Of a stretch of DNA of 64,000 nt, positions 23,805 to 33,590 are shown piece after piece. Every line of letters begins with the position of its first letter. Positions within the stretch are counted from its first letter, which is position 1. The notes beneath the pieces are model-generated. The model was given only the letters and a program-made list of their open reading frames with translations. It did not search any database and was not told the DNA's origin. Both the position numbers and the translations under genes were made by a program. The stretch lies in the NCBI GenBank assembly GCA_963765765.1, contig CAVXYC010000014.1, positions 128,001-192,000 of the forward strand, given 5' to 3'. The DNA comes from an uncultured Chloroflexia bacterium. Its GTDB lineage: Bacteria > Chloroflexota > UBA6077 > JACCZL01.

Positions 23805-25146
23805 ACGGGGCTTCAGCCAACCAGTCGATGACCGCAGCGGCGGTCCAGGACTGTCTTCTGGATCCCAACGGCGCGCCGGAGAACGGGTGAAAGTACTCGG
23901 CACACTCGGCTCCCGGCTGACTCAGGAGCCGCAGGTTCGCCGTGCGCAGCGCATTGGCGGCGGCCTCGCTGCCGTTGCGGCGCAGTCCCCACCACAGCAG
24001 ATAGTTTGCAACGGGCCAGGATGGACCGCGCCAATATGTTGATTCTCGAAATCCGACGGTTCCGGGCGCCGTGCTGGGAACGACTGGCAGTGAAAGCTCT
24101 CCATTGCCGGTAAAGTCAGTCGACTCCAGCCTCGCGACGGCGCGCCGATACATATCAGCATCGCCGTTTGGCAGCAGCAACGGCGCCAGGCCTGCCCAGG
24201 TCACCACGGGGATCGGTTCACCGGTCAAGTAGTCCTGGTCAAGCGCCAACGAGCTGGAGGCGTCCCATGTGCTCTGTACACCAGCTGAGAATTTTCCGGC
24301 CAGACCGCGCAGCTCTGAAACGATCGTGCCGTCCAGGCCGAGTGTCTCGTAGACATCTGCGAGCGCGGCGTTGGCGACCGCGAAAATCGCACTGAAGAGC
24401 GCGTCCTTCACGAGGAACGGGTGACGTGCATGCGCCACTTCGTCATCGTAGCCACTGCTCTCCAGTGACTGAACGAGCCAGACGTAGCAGTCGTACTCTG
24501 AATTGCTCGGGCGCTGACTCGGATCGGCCACGTGCGCCAGGTCACGGCGAGTGTATGGATGGACGTTACCCACCGCAACGCGTGCGAGCGGCGCGTCCCA
24601 CCGCGGCGAGTTGTCCGTGCCGCTCTCCCACGGATGATAGATCGTAATGAGACCACGCCGATCAGGATCGCGATGCTCGGCGAGATAACGGTGCCATTGG
24701 AGAAAGCGGTCGGCGAGGCGTGCGATCTGGGCACGCCGACGCGGCTCCTCGCCACTCAGCTCGAGGATACGCGCAAGTGCTAGGGCATGGACGGGCGGCT
24801 GGATGATCCCGCTCGTTAAGGGATTGTTGGGCGCGCACGACGAGCGTCCTGGACAATTCCAGCGCGCCGCGTCCGGAAAGTAGGCATCGGCCTGGACCTC
24901 GGGGTTGTATGCGATGTGAGGGATGCGACCATCGGTCCACTGCGCTCGAAGCAGCGAGCTCAGCTCCGTCAATGCACGATCCACGTCGATGCGCGCCAAC
25001 CCGATGGCGATGAACGCGCTATCCCAGCTCCACTGGTGCGGGTAGAGCCGGGGCGCCGGCCGCGTCCAGGCGCCAAGATCGTTCTCACGAAGGACGCCGA
25101 CCGCCTCATCCCAGAGGTCAGCGTGAAGGTCCGTCACCACGCTCAC
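23803..25146 (-). CDS. GH63 glycoside hydrolase (glucosylglycerate/mannosylglycerate hydrolase-like)
   Basis: LYPHQWSWDSAF, TSGIIQPPVH, HPWESGTDNSPRWD, YWRGPSW, AEYF, QSWTAA; GTGA overlap with upstream gene. Confidence 0.9.
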   Translation of the reverse strand: MSVVTDLHADLWDEAVGVLRENDLGAWTRPAPRLYPHQWSWDSAFIAIGLARIDVDRALTELSSLLRAQWTDGRIPHIAYNPEVQADAYFPDAARWNCPGRSSCAPNNPLTSGIIQPPVHALALARILELSGEEPRRRAQIARLADRFLQWHRYLAEHRDPDRRGLITIYHPWESGTDNSPRWDAPLARVAVGNVHPYTRRDLAHVADPSQRPSNSEYDCYVWLVQSLESSGYDDEVAHARHPFLVKDALFSAIFAVANAALADVYETLGLDGTIVSELRGLAGKFSAGVQSTWDASSSLALDQDYLTGEPIPVVTWAGLAPLLLPNGDADMYRRAVARLESTDFTGNGELSLPVVPSTAPGTVGFRESTYWRGPSWPVANYLLWWGLRRNGSEAAANALRTANLRLLSQPGAECAEYFHPFSGAPLGSRRQSWTAAAVIDWLAEAP

Positions 25147-26519
25147 GTGATCCTCGCAATTCCGCGGATGACGCGTAGCAGCGACTCGGCGCCCACGCCA
25201 ATAAGAATCGAAGTCAGCGTGAGCAATGGCATGTAATAACGGGCCCAATCAAGACCAAGGTTCCAGGCCAGCCCAACCGTTGTCACCGCGCAACAGAGCA
25301 GCATAAAGCCATCGGGCCCCAACGTCTCCTGCTCACTTCGACGGCGCACTAGCCGATAACCGAGCGTCGCCAATCCCAGCACCACGAGCGGCAGGTCCAG
25401 GGGCGCGTTGAAGCGCTTGTTCAGGGTGGCAAGCTCGACCAGTGTTCGCTCAGCCACCAGGGGCAGCCGCGCGGCTAGTCCGGGCGGGACGGCTTCATTT
25501 TCACTCAGCGCCGCCTGACCGAACATTTCCTGCGTGCGAAAGGCGAACATCTGTTGAAGGCGATCCGCGGGATTGGGATAGAGGAACGGGTTCATCGCTA
25601 CCATGATTACCATCGAGGCAATGACGGCGAGCATGGACCAACGCCACGCCACGGCAGAGACGAGCGATCGGCGGGGCAGCCAGAGGATGAGGGCTAGCAT
25701 GGCGTAGGCAAGGATCGTCGCGGCCAGTAGCACGGCGGTAAGTTTGACGGAGATGGTGAGCCCTGCCATGACCCCACAACCCAGCCCGAGCCAGAGACCT
25801 CGACGACCGGGCACCGCTCGCGCCGCCAGCAGAGCGAGCAACAGCGTCGCCAGCGTTCCGAAAAACAAAGGTGCTTCAGCATGGGCACGCGGAAGAAGCG
25901 TGAGCATGGTGGGGTTCCAGATAGCGATACACGCCGCCACCACCCCGGCCACGGGCCCGGCAAGCACGCGACCGATGACGTAGAGCAAGCCGGCCGCAAG
26001 TGTCGAAAGCAGGATCATTGGCGCACGGGCGGCCTGGAGCTGGGCATTGCTGGGACGGTCGATCCGTCGCTCTTCCGCCAACTTGCGCTCATCGCGATAA
26101 GTCTCACGCTCGAGATATCGGCCGCGTGTCGCCGGATTGACTTCCGCCTCGCGGTGGTGAATATCCAGCGGTGGTGGCGCCACCCCTGCAAATCGAATTC
26201 CTGCGCCAAGAATGAATCGGGAGAGCATGGGCTGCGTGAGGGTGTAGTAGTTCGGCGCCCAATTTGGGCCACTGAGCTCATGCTTGAGAAAAGCAATGTC
26301 GAAGTACTCGGAGGCGGCTATAAACTGCCCCTCGTCTGTGTTGTATCCAACCCGCGCTGCCGTTGGGATATAGACGGCCACCGCCGCAACCAGCATACAA
26401 GCGAAGAGCACCGGATCAAGCCAGCGACTGGTAGACGCGGCGCGAAGCCCCGGAATGGTTAACAATGGTGCCGACGTTCGCGCGGAGCGCGATTTCGGGG
26501 CGGCGGCGCGCGCGCTCAT
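25143..26519 (-). CDS. GT-C fold membrane glycosyltransferase (PMT-like)
   Basis: NTDE acidic motif, QPMLSRFILG, AARAPM, VKLT, WARYYMP; ATGA overlap with upstream gene. Confidence 0.82.
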   Translation of the reverse strand: MSARAAAPKSRSARTSAPLLTIPGLRAASTSRWLDPVLFACMLVAAVAVYIPTAARVGYNTDEGQFIAASEYFDIAFLKHELSGPNWAPNYYTLTQPMLSRFILGAGIRFAGVAPPPLDIHHREAEVNPATRGRYLERETYRDERKLAEERRIDRPSNAQLQAARAPMILLSTLAAGLLYVIGRVLAGPVAGVVAACIAIWNPTMLTLLPRAHAEAPLFFGTLATLLLALLAARAVPGRRGLWLGLGCGVMAGLTISVKLTAVLLAATILAYAMLALILWLPRRSLVSAVAWRWSMLAVIASMVIMVAMNPFLYPNPADRLQQMFAFRTQEMFGQAALSENEAVPPGLAARLPLVAERTLVELATLNKRFNAPLDLPLVVLGLATLGYRLVRRRSEQETLGPDGFMLLCCAVTTVGLAWNLGLDWARYYMPLLTLTSILIGVGAESLLRVIRGIARIT

Positions 26520-29260
26520 GAGCGATCCGAAAGCGGGGTGAGCGCGGACTGAGTCAGAAGGTACGGCTGCCGTTCGGGCATCGCCGCCTGCAATCGCCGA
26601 TTTTCTTCAGGTCCGCGGTCTTTCGCGAAGATGATGGAGCCATCCAGCCTGGGCGAATTGAGCCAGAAGACCGACGCGTATGGCTGCCAGCTTCCTCGGG
26701 GCTCATCGCGCACGAACACCAGTCCGCGATCGATTCCAGCGTCCCGAACCAGCGCGGCGCGGCGTCCATTAACCCCGAGGTAACCCCGATACTCGCCCAC
26801 TTGCTGTGGAAGGTACATGCTCACGTTGAATGCTACCAGGGCTACCAGAGCCACACCGGCATAGAGGGCGCTTCCACGAGCGCTTACGGCCGTGAGCGAA
26901 GCAAGCACCTGGAAGCCCCGAATGGATAGGAGACAAAGTGGACCGAGCGCTTCGTAGTAGTAGCGCGGCCCATAGGCCATGCCTCGATTCCAGTAGAGAA
27001 CGTACGCGAGCACCAGAGCCGCCGTAATGGATAGTAGCCAGTAATCGCGGTGAGTAGCGCGTCCCATGATGAACGGAATCATCGCTGGCGCCAGGGTCAG
27101 GTAGAACGGCCAGCCGAAGAGGTGCCGTTGAAGCTCGGTGAGTCTATCCCAGGTATCGTGCAATCCCATCGCGGGATCGTGCCATCCGTCAGCGCCGACC
27201 CCAGCACCAAAGCCGATCGTATCGTAACTCCACCACAGGGATTGTGGACTCACCAACATGCTCCCCGTAGTGGCCTGTTGGAAGTAGAGCAATAGAAGTA
27301 ATGCGGGAACCGTCCCAGCCGCCATGGCAATCACAGTGGCGAGCCGCTCACGCAGGCTCACGGCTGGATTGAAGATGATCCAGAGACCAAGGCAGGCGGC
27401 CAATGCAACACCCGTGAGCTGACGTGTACAGAGGATCGCTCCGAGAAGAACGCCGAGGATGACGGCGTTGGATACCACTCTCATCCCAGCCTTCTCTATG
27501 GGCAAGGGCGAACCTCTGGCTATCCGTTCGAGGGCTCCATCTGCCTCTGAAGGAGGGTCTGGATAAGGCGGACTCGAACGCCCCCACATCAATCGGGCAG
27601 CCAGCAGCATAGCCGCAAGAGTCAGCACGAGCGACGTCGGATGCGCCAGGAACGAGCCACTCATGAATAGGAAAAATGGCGAGCTGAACAAGAGACCCGC
27701 GGCCAGTAGTCCGATGCCCCGCCCGTAAAGCCGCCGGCCGAGAAAGCCCAGCAGCGCGACGGCGGATCCCGCGAGCACCGGCCCCACCAGCCAGGGCGCA
27801 CCCGCGAGCACACCGATGGCGAGCACCAGGGGGTGGCCCGGGGGATACTTCCCGAACCACCTACCCTGGTGCTGCACAATGAAGTCTTCCTTGAAGAATT
27901 CGGGAAGGTCCGGAACAGGCGCTGTTACAGCGCCCGATGCAAACAATCGCGCTTGGAACAGGTACGCAACAGAATCGCGGTCGTGAGGGACGCCCTCGAA
28001 GACGCTCACAGAAATCCAAGCTGTAACAAGTATCGCGAGAATGGCCAGCGAGGCAATCCCCACCGTGAATCTTGTAACTGCGGGCATCTTGCCCGCCAGA
28101 GCAGCGCTGGAGGTTATGTCCCCGCGGTCATCGAGCTCTCCATCAGCAATCACAGCGCTATGCGCGCGGGCAGGATGCCCATCGCTACGGGGACGAGCCT
28201 TCCAACCGGCTGAGCCGAGATGCAGCCGGGACACCAGCAGTCCCACCGCTACCAGTAGCAGCGCAAAGAGCCAGGTCCGCCCCAGCTCACGAACCACCGA
28301 CTGGAGCGCCGCGATCCAGTCCTTTCGAAAGGGGCTGCCGCTCTTCTCGAGCTCCTGTACCACGCGACCATCCCGCACTCGACTGAGCGAGAGATCGCGC
28401 GACTCCGGTTCGGCCAGGGCCTGATAGGCCTCACCATCGTGCACGCGGGCCAAAACCGCAAACGGTGTGATCGGGCGCAGCGCTTCAACCCGGATGGTAG
28501 TCGCTCGGAATGATCCCTCGGCCATCGGCACCTCAAGCGGGGAATTCAACTGCCAGAGTGGTCCGGACACGGTCCGCGATTCGCCATCAACCTCGAGTGC
28601 GGTAGGGGCCAGACCAGATCGATACCCGGAGTAGGCGGGCGCCACCAGTGCGTCTAACCAGGGGACGGACTGCAGCCGCTCCGGTAAGGCCCGTGCTGGC
28701 CGACTAACATCTGCGCCTGCCATCCACACCGCGGCGCTTCCCTCCGGATACCGGGAATCGCGGGCCTGAACTGGGTCACCGCCCGCACGAACCTGGATCC
28801 GTTCGGATTGAACCGTCACTGTTATAGGGACACGCTCCATCAGTGACCACCCTAACGCCGCGCAAGCTAAGACGTTAAAAGCGAGAATCCCTTTGAGACG
28901 CTCACCGGAAGTTGCGAATCCCAGAGCGACCAGCGAGCTCGCCGCAACAAGCACAACGCTCCAGGATTGCTCCAGTTCACGAATCGCAAGTACAAGCAAC
29001 AGTACTGCGCAAGCGGCAGCTATCAGAGTAAGAGTGCGGTCAGCTGGTCTCAATTGAGCACTCTTGATGCCTGTAAACCGCGCGACAAGCTGTGAAATCT
29101 GTGATGAAACTTTGACAACAGGATTGCTGGACGCTCGCGTGAGTTTGGATGCACAATGGTCGCAGGTCAGTGCCCGCACTATTGACATTGCATGTGTCAT
29201 AGCGGACCGACTCGACGCGGCAGGGTCAACGGATAGGCGCGTCAGCGGTTTCATGGTCAT
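26516..29260 (-). CDS. Large GT39-like membrane glycosyltransferase with N-terminal extracytoplasmic domain and two in-frame palindromic inserts
   Basis: PHDRDSVAYLFQARLFASG, GKYPPGHP, SPFFLFMSGSFLAHP, YGPRYYYE; start uncertain. Confidence 0.82.
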   Translation of the reverse strand: MTMKPLTRLSVDPAASSRSAMTHAMSIVRALTCDHCASKLTRASSNPVVKVSSQISQLVARFTGIKSAQLRPADRTLTLIAAACAVLLLVLAIRELEQSWSVVLVAASSLVALGFATSGERLKGILAFNVLACAALGWSLMERVPITVTVQSERIQVRAGGDPVQARDSRYPEGSAAVWMAGADVSRPARALPERLQSVPWLDALVAPAYSGYRSGLAPTALEVDGESRTVSGPLWQLNSPLEVPMAEGSFRATTIRVEALRPITPFAVLARVHDGEAYQALAEPESRDLSLSRVRDGRVVQELEKSGSPFRKDWIAALQSVVRELGRTWLFALLLVAVGLLVSRLHLGSAGWKARPRSDGHPARAHSAVIADGELDDRGDITSSAALAGKMPAVTRFTVGIASLAILAILVTAWISVSVFEGVPHDRDSVAYLFQARLFASGAVTAPVPDLPEFFKEDFIVQHQGRWFGKYPPGHPLVLAIGVLAGAPWLVGPVLAGSAVALLGFLGRRLYGRGIGLLAAGLLFSSPFFLFMSGSFLAHPTSLVLTLAAMLLAARLMWGRSSPPYPDPPSEADGALERIARGSPLPIEKAGMRVVSNAVILGVLLGAILCTRQLTGVALAACLGLWIIFNPAVSLRERLATVIAMAAGTVPALLLLLYFQQATTGSMLVSPQSLWWSYDTIGFGAGVGADGWHDPAMGLHDTWDRLTELQRHLFGWPFYLTLAPAMIPFIMGRATHRDYWLLSITAALVLAYVLYWNRGMAYGPRYYYEALGPLCLLSIRGFQVLASLTAVSARGSALYAGVALVALVAFNVSMYLPQQVGEYRGYLGVNGRRAALVRDAGIDRGLVFVRDEPRGSWQPYASVFWLNSPRLDGSIIFAKDRGPEENRRLQAAMPERQPYLLTQSALTPLSDRS
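27478..27571. repeat. Degenerate CCCTCACCC..GGG palindrome inside the GT gene
   Basis: CTCTCATCCCAGCCTTCTCTATGGGCAAGGG ... GGAGGGTCTGGATAAGG, similar to 51963-51998; translates PPYPDPPSEADG..SPLPIEKAGMRV. Confidence 0.6.
28074..28188. repeat. GTAG-type REP pair inside the GT gene
   Basis: GTAACTGCGGGCATCTTGCCCGC ... GCGGGCAGGATGCCCATCGCTAC. Confidence 0.75.
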
Positions 29261-29433
29261 TTGACCGCGAGTTTACTCGTCGAGTACCATGGCCGACACA
29301 CTGCAGGGTACGGAGGTGAATGGGAGGGAACGACGTTACTCTCGTCGGACGCACAATCCGGCACGGGTTTCCTAGCGCCGCCACGCGCGGCCGTACACTT
29401 GCATCTTATTGGACAATGGAGAAAGGGGATCTC

Positions 29434-29987
29434 ATGCGAAAGGCGCTTTTCGTAGGACTTAGCGCAATGATGGTAGGCGCAGTATTTGCTGCACCGGCCA
29501 GTGCGCAGGGCGGGCCGACAGCGGGTGGCTCGTGTGGGTACAAGGCGGGTGAATATGGTCTGAACAACCTTTCCCCGCTGGACATCCGCAACCCGAATCG
29601 TGGCGGGATGAACGTCGGCACGATTCATACGCAGGTTGAGTACTCAGGCGTCCAGCCGGGCACCGTTCTGACCATCCTCACCACGTCGGGCTCCAATGTG
29701 ACCGGTCCGGATCTGGGCGCCACGGGCGCAATTCGCACCCTGACGGCGCAGAGCTCGTCCGGCACGCTCGCGTTTAGTTCCACGCAGACCGAGAGCGGCG
29801 CAACCCGTTATCCAGTCACGCGGTCGTGGCGTTGGCGGTGCACTCCACACTGAGAAGAAGGGCTCCTCGAAAAACGGCGGTACCGCGTCGGCTGGCCAGA
29901 GCAGCGGCGCAGAACCTGTACTTCTTCCAGACCTGGATGGGTGACAAGCTCATCGGTCAGTTCACCTGCGGTGTTGAGGATCGATAA
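29434..29987 (+). CDS. Secreted Gly/Ser/Thr-rich hypothetical protein, probably two frameshifts (near 29820 and 29910)
   Basis: AAAGGGG RBS, signal peptide MRKALFVGL..ASA/Q; coding-like continuation ..NLYFFQTWMGDKLIGQFTCGVEDR ending 18 nt before terminator. Confidence 0.65.
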
Positions 29988-30005
29988 CTCGAGCCTCTAG
30001 TCTAC

Positions 30006-30046
30006 AAAAAGAACCCCGCTCGTTTGACGAGCGGGGTTCTTTTTTT
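30006..30046. terminator. Bidirectional intrinsic terminator
   Basis: AAAAAGAACCCCGCTCGT-TTG-ACGAGCGGGGTTCTTTTTTT. Confidence 0.92.
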
Positions 30047-30074
30047 GTTTCGGATTTAGATCCGAGAGCGGCGG

Positions 30075-30182
30075 TTACTCGCCCTCTTGCTGCTGCGAAT
30101 CGGTGTCCTGGGTGTCACCGGGATCGGACAGCTCAAGGTTACCTTCGGGATCTTCGATCTCGTAGAACGGACGCTCGAACAT
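30075..30182 (-). CDS. 35-aa acidic peptide MFERPFYEIEDPEGNLELSDPGDTQDTDSQQQEGE
   Basis: AGGAGG RBS 6 nt before ATG, own promoter and terminator. Confidence 0.75.
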   Translation of the reverse strand: MFERPFYEIEDPEGNLELSDPGDTQDTDSQQQEGE

Positions 30183-30278
30183 GATGCTCCTCCTGCTTAT
30201 GCGGCGCTGTGGCCGCGCGATGTTCCGATCGATCCCGACGATGTAATATCTCAAGATTCGGAAGCGAAAGGCACGCTG

Positions 30279-30307
30279 ACTGTAGCACAATCGCAATACC
30301 CGGTAAA
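30279..30307 (-). promoter_or_regulatory. sigma70 promoter for the 35-aa peptide gene
   Basis: TTTACC-N17-TACAGT with extended -10 TG. Confidence 0.55.
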
Positions 30308-30392
30308 GTATTCCAAGACACACTTTTTACACGCGAAATTACCCACCTAACTGCGGCAAGACCTGCTTTAAAAACTCCGCCCTCATCACGTT

Positions 30393-31577
30393 ATGGCAGT
30401 CACCTCTGGCTCCACGATCGCAGAGCACCAATCACGGCGCGCAAAAGGCAGCAGGCCTCCTCTTGGCGCACGAGTGGCCCTCGTTCTTTTGGGAATTCTC
30501 GCGCCACTGCTTCTCGTTGAAATAGGCTTGCGCATCGCGGGCCCTCTCCTTCCGGGTGAGTATCAAACGGCTAGCTTTGTCGAGACTCACCCTGCCTTTG
30601 GTCGTCGAAATAAGCCAGGAGCGGGTTGGAAAAAGACATCAGAGTACACCTCCTGGGTGGAGATCAGCTCAAAGGGATTGCGCGGACCGGAAGCCGAATT
30701 TGCCAAGCCGGTGGGAGAGTCACGCGTACTCGTTCTCGGCGACTCATTTACCTTTGCGGAGCAGGTGAATCTGCCCGACACATTCGTCCAGCTCCTGGAA
30801 GATCAGCTGAACTCATCCGGTCAGGCGACGTACCGTGTCCTCAATGGCGGATCGAACGGCTGGGCCACGGCAAACGAGTTGATCTATCTGGCAAAGGAAG
30901 GCGTCCGTTACCAACCGGATGTGGTGGTGTTGGCGTTCTACGTGGGCAATGACATCTCGGATAATTTCCGCCGAGTGGCCGCTGCTCGGGATGCCGAGGA
31001 AGCCGATCTTGCACTCCGTGGAGTAGACGCGCTGGAGGGCTTTCGAAAGCTCGCCCGAGCCTCTGAGACCTACACGCTCTTTGAGTCGGGCGTGTTGTCC
31101 AAAATTCTTCACCTCAATTCCTCTTCCGATGCAGACTCGTCAGAAGCAGCTATCAGATCCGCCCCGAAGACCGCCGAGGACGGAGTTGAGGCCTGGGCAA
31201 TTACTGAAGGCCTGATTCGCCGGATGGATCAGATCGCCAGAAGCCAGGGCGCGCGATTCGTCGTGATGGTCATCCCATCAGCGGACCAGGTGGCCGGCAA
31301 CGTCCGCAACCGCGACGAGCAAGACGATCCGGACGATGACGACACGGTGTCCGCACCGGGCCTCGATAAGCCACAAGAGAGGCTGAGCGAGATTACCGGG
31401 CGTCTGGGCGTGCCGACCCTGGACCTTCTGCCAGATCTGCGACGCCAGGCCACCCGCTCACGCAACCGTCTGTATTATCGGCAGAATGCCCACTTCACGG
31501 CCGCCGGCCACGCACTGGCGGCTCAGCAGCTCTATGAGTTTCTGATTGCAGAGAGGATGGTACAGGTCAGAGGCTAA
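30393..31577 (+). CDS. Membrane-anchored SGNH/GDSL hydrolase-like protein (AlgX/AlgJ-like)
   Basis: TM + VEIGLR, VLVLGDSFTF, NGGSNGW, FYVGND, AHFTAAGHALAA. Confidence 0.85.
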   Translation: MAVTSGSTIAEHQSRRAKGSRPPLGARVALVLLGILAPLLLVEIGLRIAGPLLPGEYQTASFVETHPAFGRRNKPGAGWKKTSEYTSWVEISSKGLRGPEAEFAKPVGESRVLVLGDSFTFAEQVNLPDTFVQLLEDQLNSSGQATYRVLNGGSNGWATANELIYLAKEGVRYQPDVVVLAFYVGNDISDNFRRVAAARDAEEADLALRGVDALEGFRKLARASETYTLFESGVLSKILHLNSSSDADSSEAAIRSAPKTAEDGVEAWAITEGLIRRMDQIARSQGARFVVMVIPSADQVAGNVRNRDEQDDPDDDDTVSAPGLDKPQERLSEITGRLGVPTLDLLPDLRRQATRSRNRLYYRQNAHFTAAGHALAAQQLYEFLIAERMVQVRG

Positions 31578-31634
31578 GCAACCCCTCATCGATTGGCCTA
31601 TCCTTCCCTTCCGCACACTTGAGTATTCTTCCTA

Positions 31635-33527
31635 TCACATCAGCACCCGCTCGTCGCCGACTCTTCGAGTGACACGGCGCTCATCGAGATGAGACATGAG
31701 TGCAAGGGCGTAGCGGCGGCTGGTTCCCAGGATATCTCGCACCTGCGCGACGGAGATTTGGCCATGCTCCCGTATGGCAGCCACGATAGCCTGTGTGATC
31801 GTTTCATAGGTCTCTCGGTCGTACACAAGGTCGTTGGACACGGCCACGAGATCGCCTCGGACGATCAGCGCGTCGATCAACTCTTCTGAAAGCTTGAATT
31901 CGCTCTCGAGATCCTGACGCGTTGGCGGCGATGCACCGGCGGAGCGCAGCTCGGTCAGCAGAGCAGCCGATGAGAGACGCTGCTGCTCACTTAGCTGGAC
32001 AACGTGCGAGGCGGATTGAACCAAGGGCCCCGACTCGTCAATGGCACCGTTCTCGAGTAATCGCGCCTGCACGCGATTGTATGAGCGAGCGTCCAGCCCC
32101 AGACGAGTCCGCAGCTCCTCCCTGGGCATACCTGAACGGAGTGGGTACGTTTCATGATATTGATTGAGTACGGCGGCGGCCCGGCTGGCGAGAAGCTCCC
32201 ACCCTGAGCGGCTTATCAGCAGTGTAGATGGCAGCAGTCCCGCATCGACGCTGTCCAATGCGAACACGTCACCGGACTTGATCAGGTCCGCGACAACGCT
32301 CCGAGCATCCTCCGCGGCGAGGCCAGCGCGCGATAGCACATCACGGAGCTCAGCGGGCTCTCGTGATCGCAGCTGCTGCAGCACGATGTCTTCGGGCGCT
32401 CCCAGCTCGAGAACCTGCAGGCGCTCCAGGACGGGCTCTTGAAAACGGCGATGGCGCCGCGCGTGCGGCTCAATGATCACCCCGCCCCCAACGGTTTGCG
32501 CAGGCGTGAGCAAGCGCACCACAAAGAGATCTCCCTTGCCCACAGCGACGGGCCGCTTGAGCCGAATCTGGGCCATGCCATCATCGCCTGGAGACAGCTC
32601 GTTTGAGTCCAGCAGGGCAACCTTCCCAACAGACTCGGAGCTTCCTGTGTGAAACGTGATCTCATCGTTGTGGCGCAGATTGCGAGCTCCCTGGCGGACC
32701 ATCTTGAGACGCACGTCTAGGAGTCGCGTCGCCGTGAGCGCACCCGGTGCGGACAGGACCTCGCCCCGCTCGAGCTCATCAGTACTAACCGCGGAGATAT
32801 TCACCGCGACGCGCGTGCCAGCCGGCGCTGAGTCCACCTTGTGCTTATGCGATTGCAGGCCGCGTACTCGCGCACGCAATCCGCTTGGTACGATCTCCAG
32901 CTCATCACCTCGATGCAGAGCTCCATCAATGAGCGTTCCGGTCACTACAGTGCCAAAACCCGCAACCGTAAACACTCGATCGATCGGCAACCGGGGAGCT
33001 CCCGAGCTAGGTCTGGTCCGTTCCTGAGCTAGAAGCGAGTCGAGCGTCGAGGTGAGGACGTCAAGCCCCGCTCCGGTAGTCGACGAGACCGGAATCAACG
33101 GCGCATGGTCGAGAGATGAGCCCTTCAGGCCTTCCTCGATCTCGGCGAGCACGAGGTCGAGCCAATCAGGCTCCACCAGGTCGGTCTTGGTGACGGCCAC
33201 CACGCCGGTGGAGATATTCAACAGATCAAGGATGTCAACATGCTCGCGGGTCTGGGGCATGATGCCCTCATCGGCGGCAATGACAAGAAGGGCGATGTCG
33301 ATACCGCCGACACCGGCGAGCATGTTATGAACGAATCGCTCATGCCCTGGCACGTCCACAATGCTGACCTCCATGCCGCTTGGCAATCGTAGCCAGGCGA
33401 AGCCAAGGTCGATTGTCATGCCCCGCTCTTTCTCCTCGCGCAACCGATCCGGATCGATTCCGGTCAATGCGCGGATAAGAGTGGACTTGCCATGATCTAC
33501 GTGGCCGGCCGTTCCAATGACTCGCAA
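31635..33527 (-). CDS. selB: Selenocysteine-specific translation elongation factor
   Basis: [38 protein letters not shown], winged-helix tail [13 protein letters not shown]. Confidence 0.97.
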   Translation of the reverse strand: MRVIGTAGHVDHGKSTLIRALTGIDPDRLREEKERGMTIDLGFAWLRLPSGMEVSIVDVPGHERFVHNMLAGVGGIDIALLVIAADEGIMPQTREHVDILDLLNISTGVVAVTKTDLVEPDWLDLVLAEIEEGLKGSSLDHAPLIPVSSTTGAGLDVLTSTLDSLLAQERTRPSSGAPRLPIDRVFTVAGFGTVVTGTLIDGALHRGDELEIVPSGLRARVRGLQSHKHKVDSAPAGTRVAVNISAVSTDELERGEVLSAPGALTATRLLDVRLKMVRQGARNLRHNDEITFHTGSSESVGKVALLDSNELSPGDDGMAQIRLKRPVAVGKGDLFVVRLLTPAQTVGGGVIIEPHARRHRRFQEPVLERLQVLELGAPEDIVLQQLRSREPAELRDVLSRAGLAAEDARSVVADLIKSGDVFALDSVDAGLLPSTLLISRSGWELLASRAAAVLNQYHETYPLRSGMPREELRTRLGLDARSYNRVQARLLENGAIDESGPLVQSASHVVQLSEQQRLSSAALLTELRSAGASPPTRQDLESEFKLSEELIDALIVRGDLVAVSNDLVYDRETYETITQAIVAAIREHGQISVAQVRDILGTSRRYALALMSHLDERRVTRRVGDERVLM

Positions 33528-33590
33528 GATCCAGTTACTCCCCGGCCAGCAGCGAAGCACGAAGAAGGTGAACGGTGGCCGGCAAGATCG

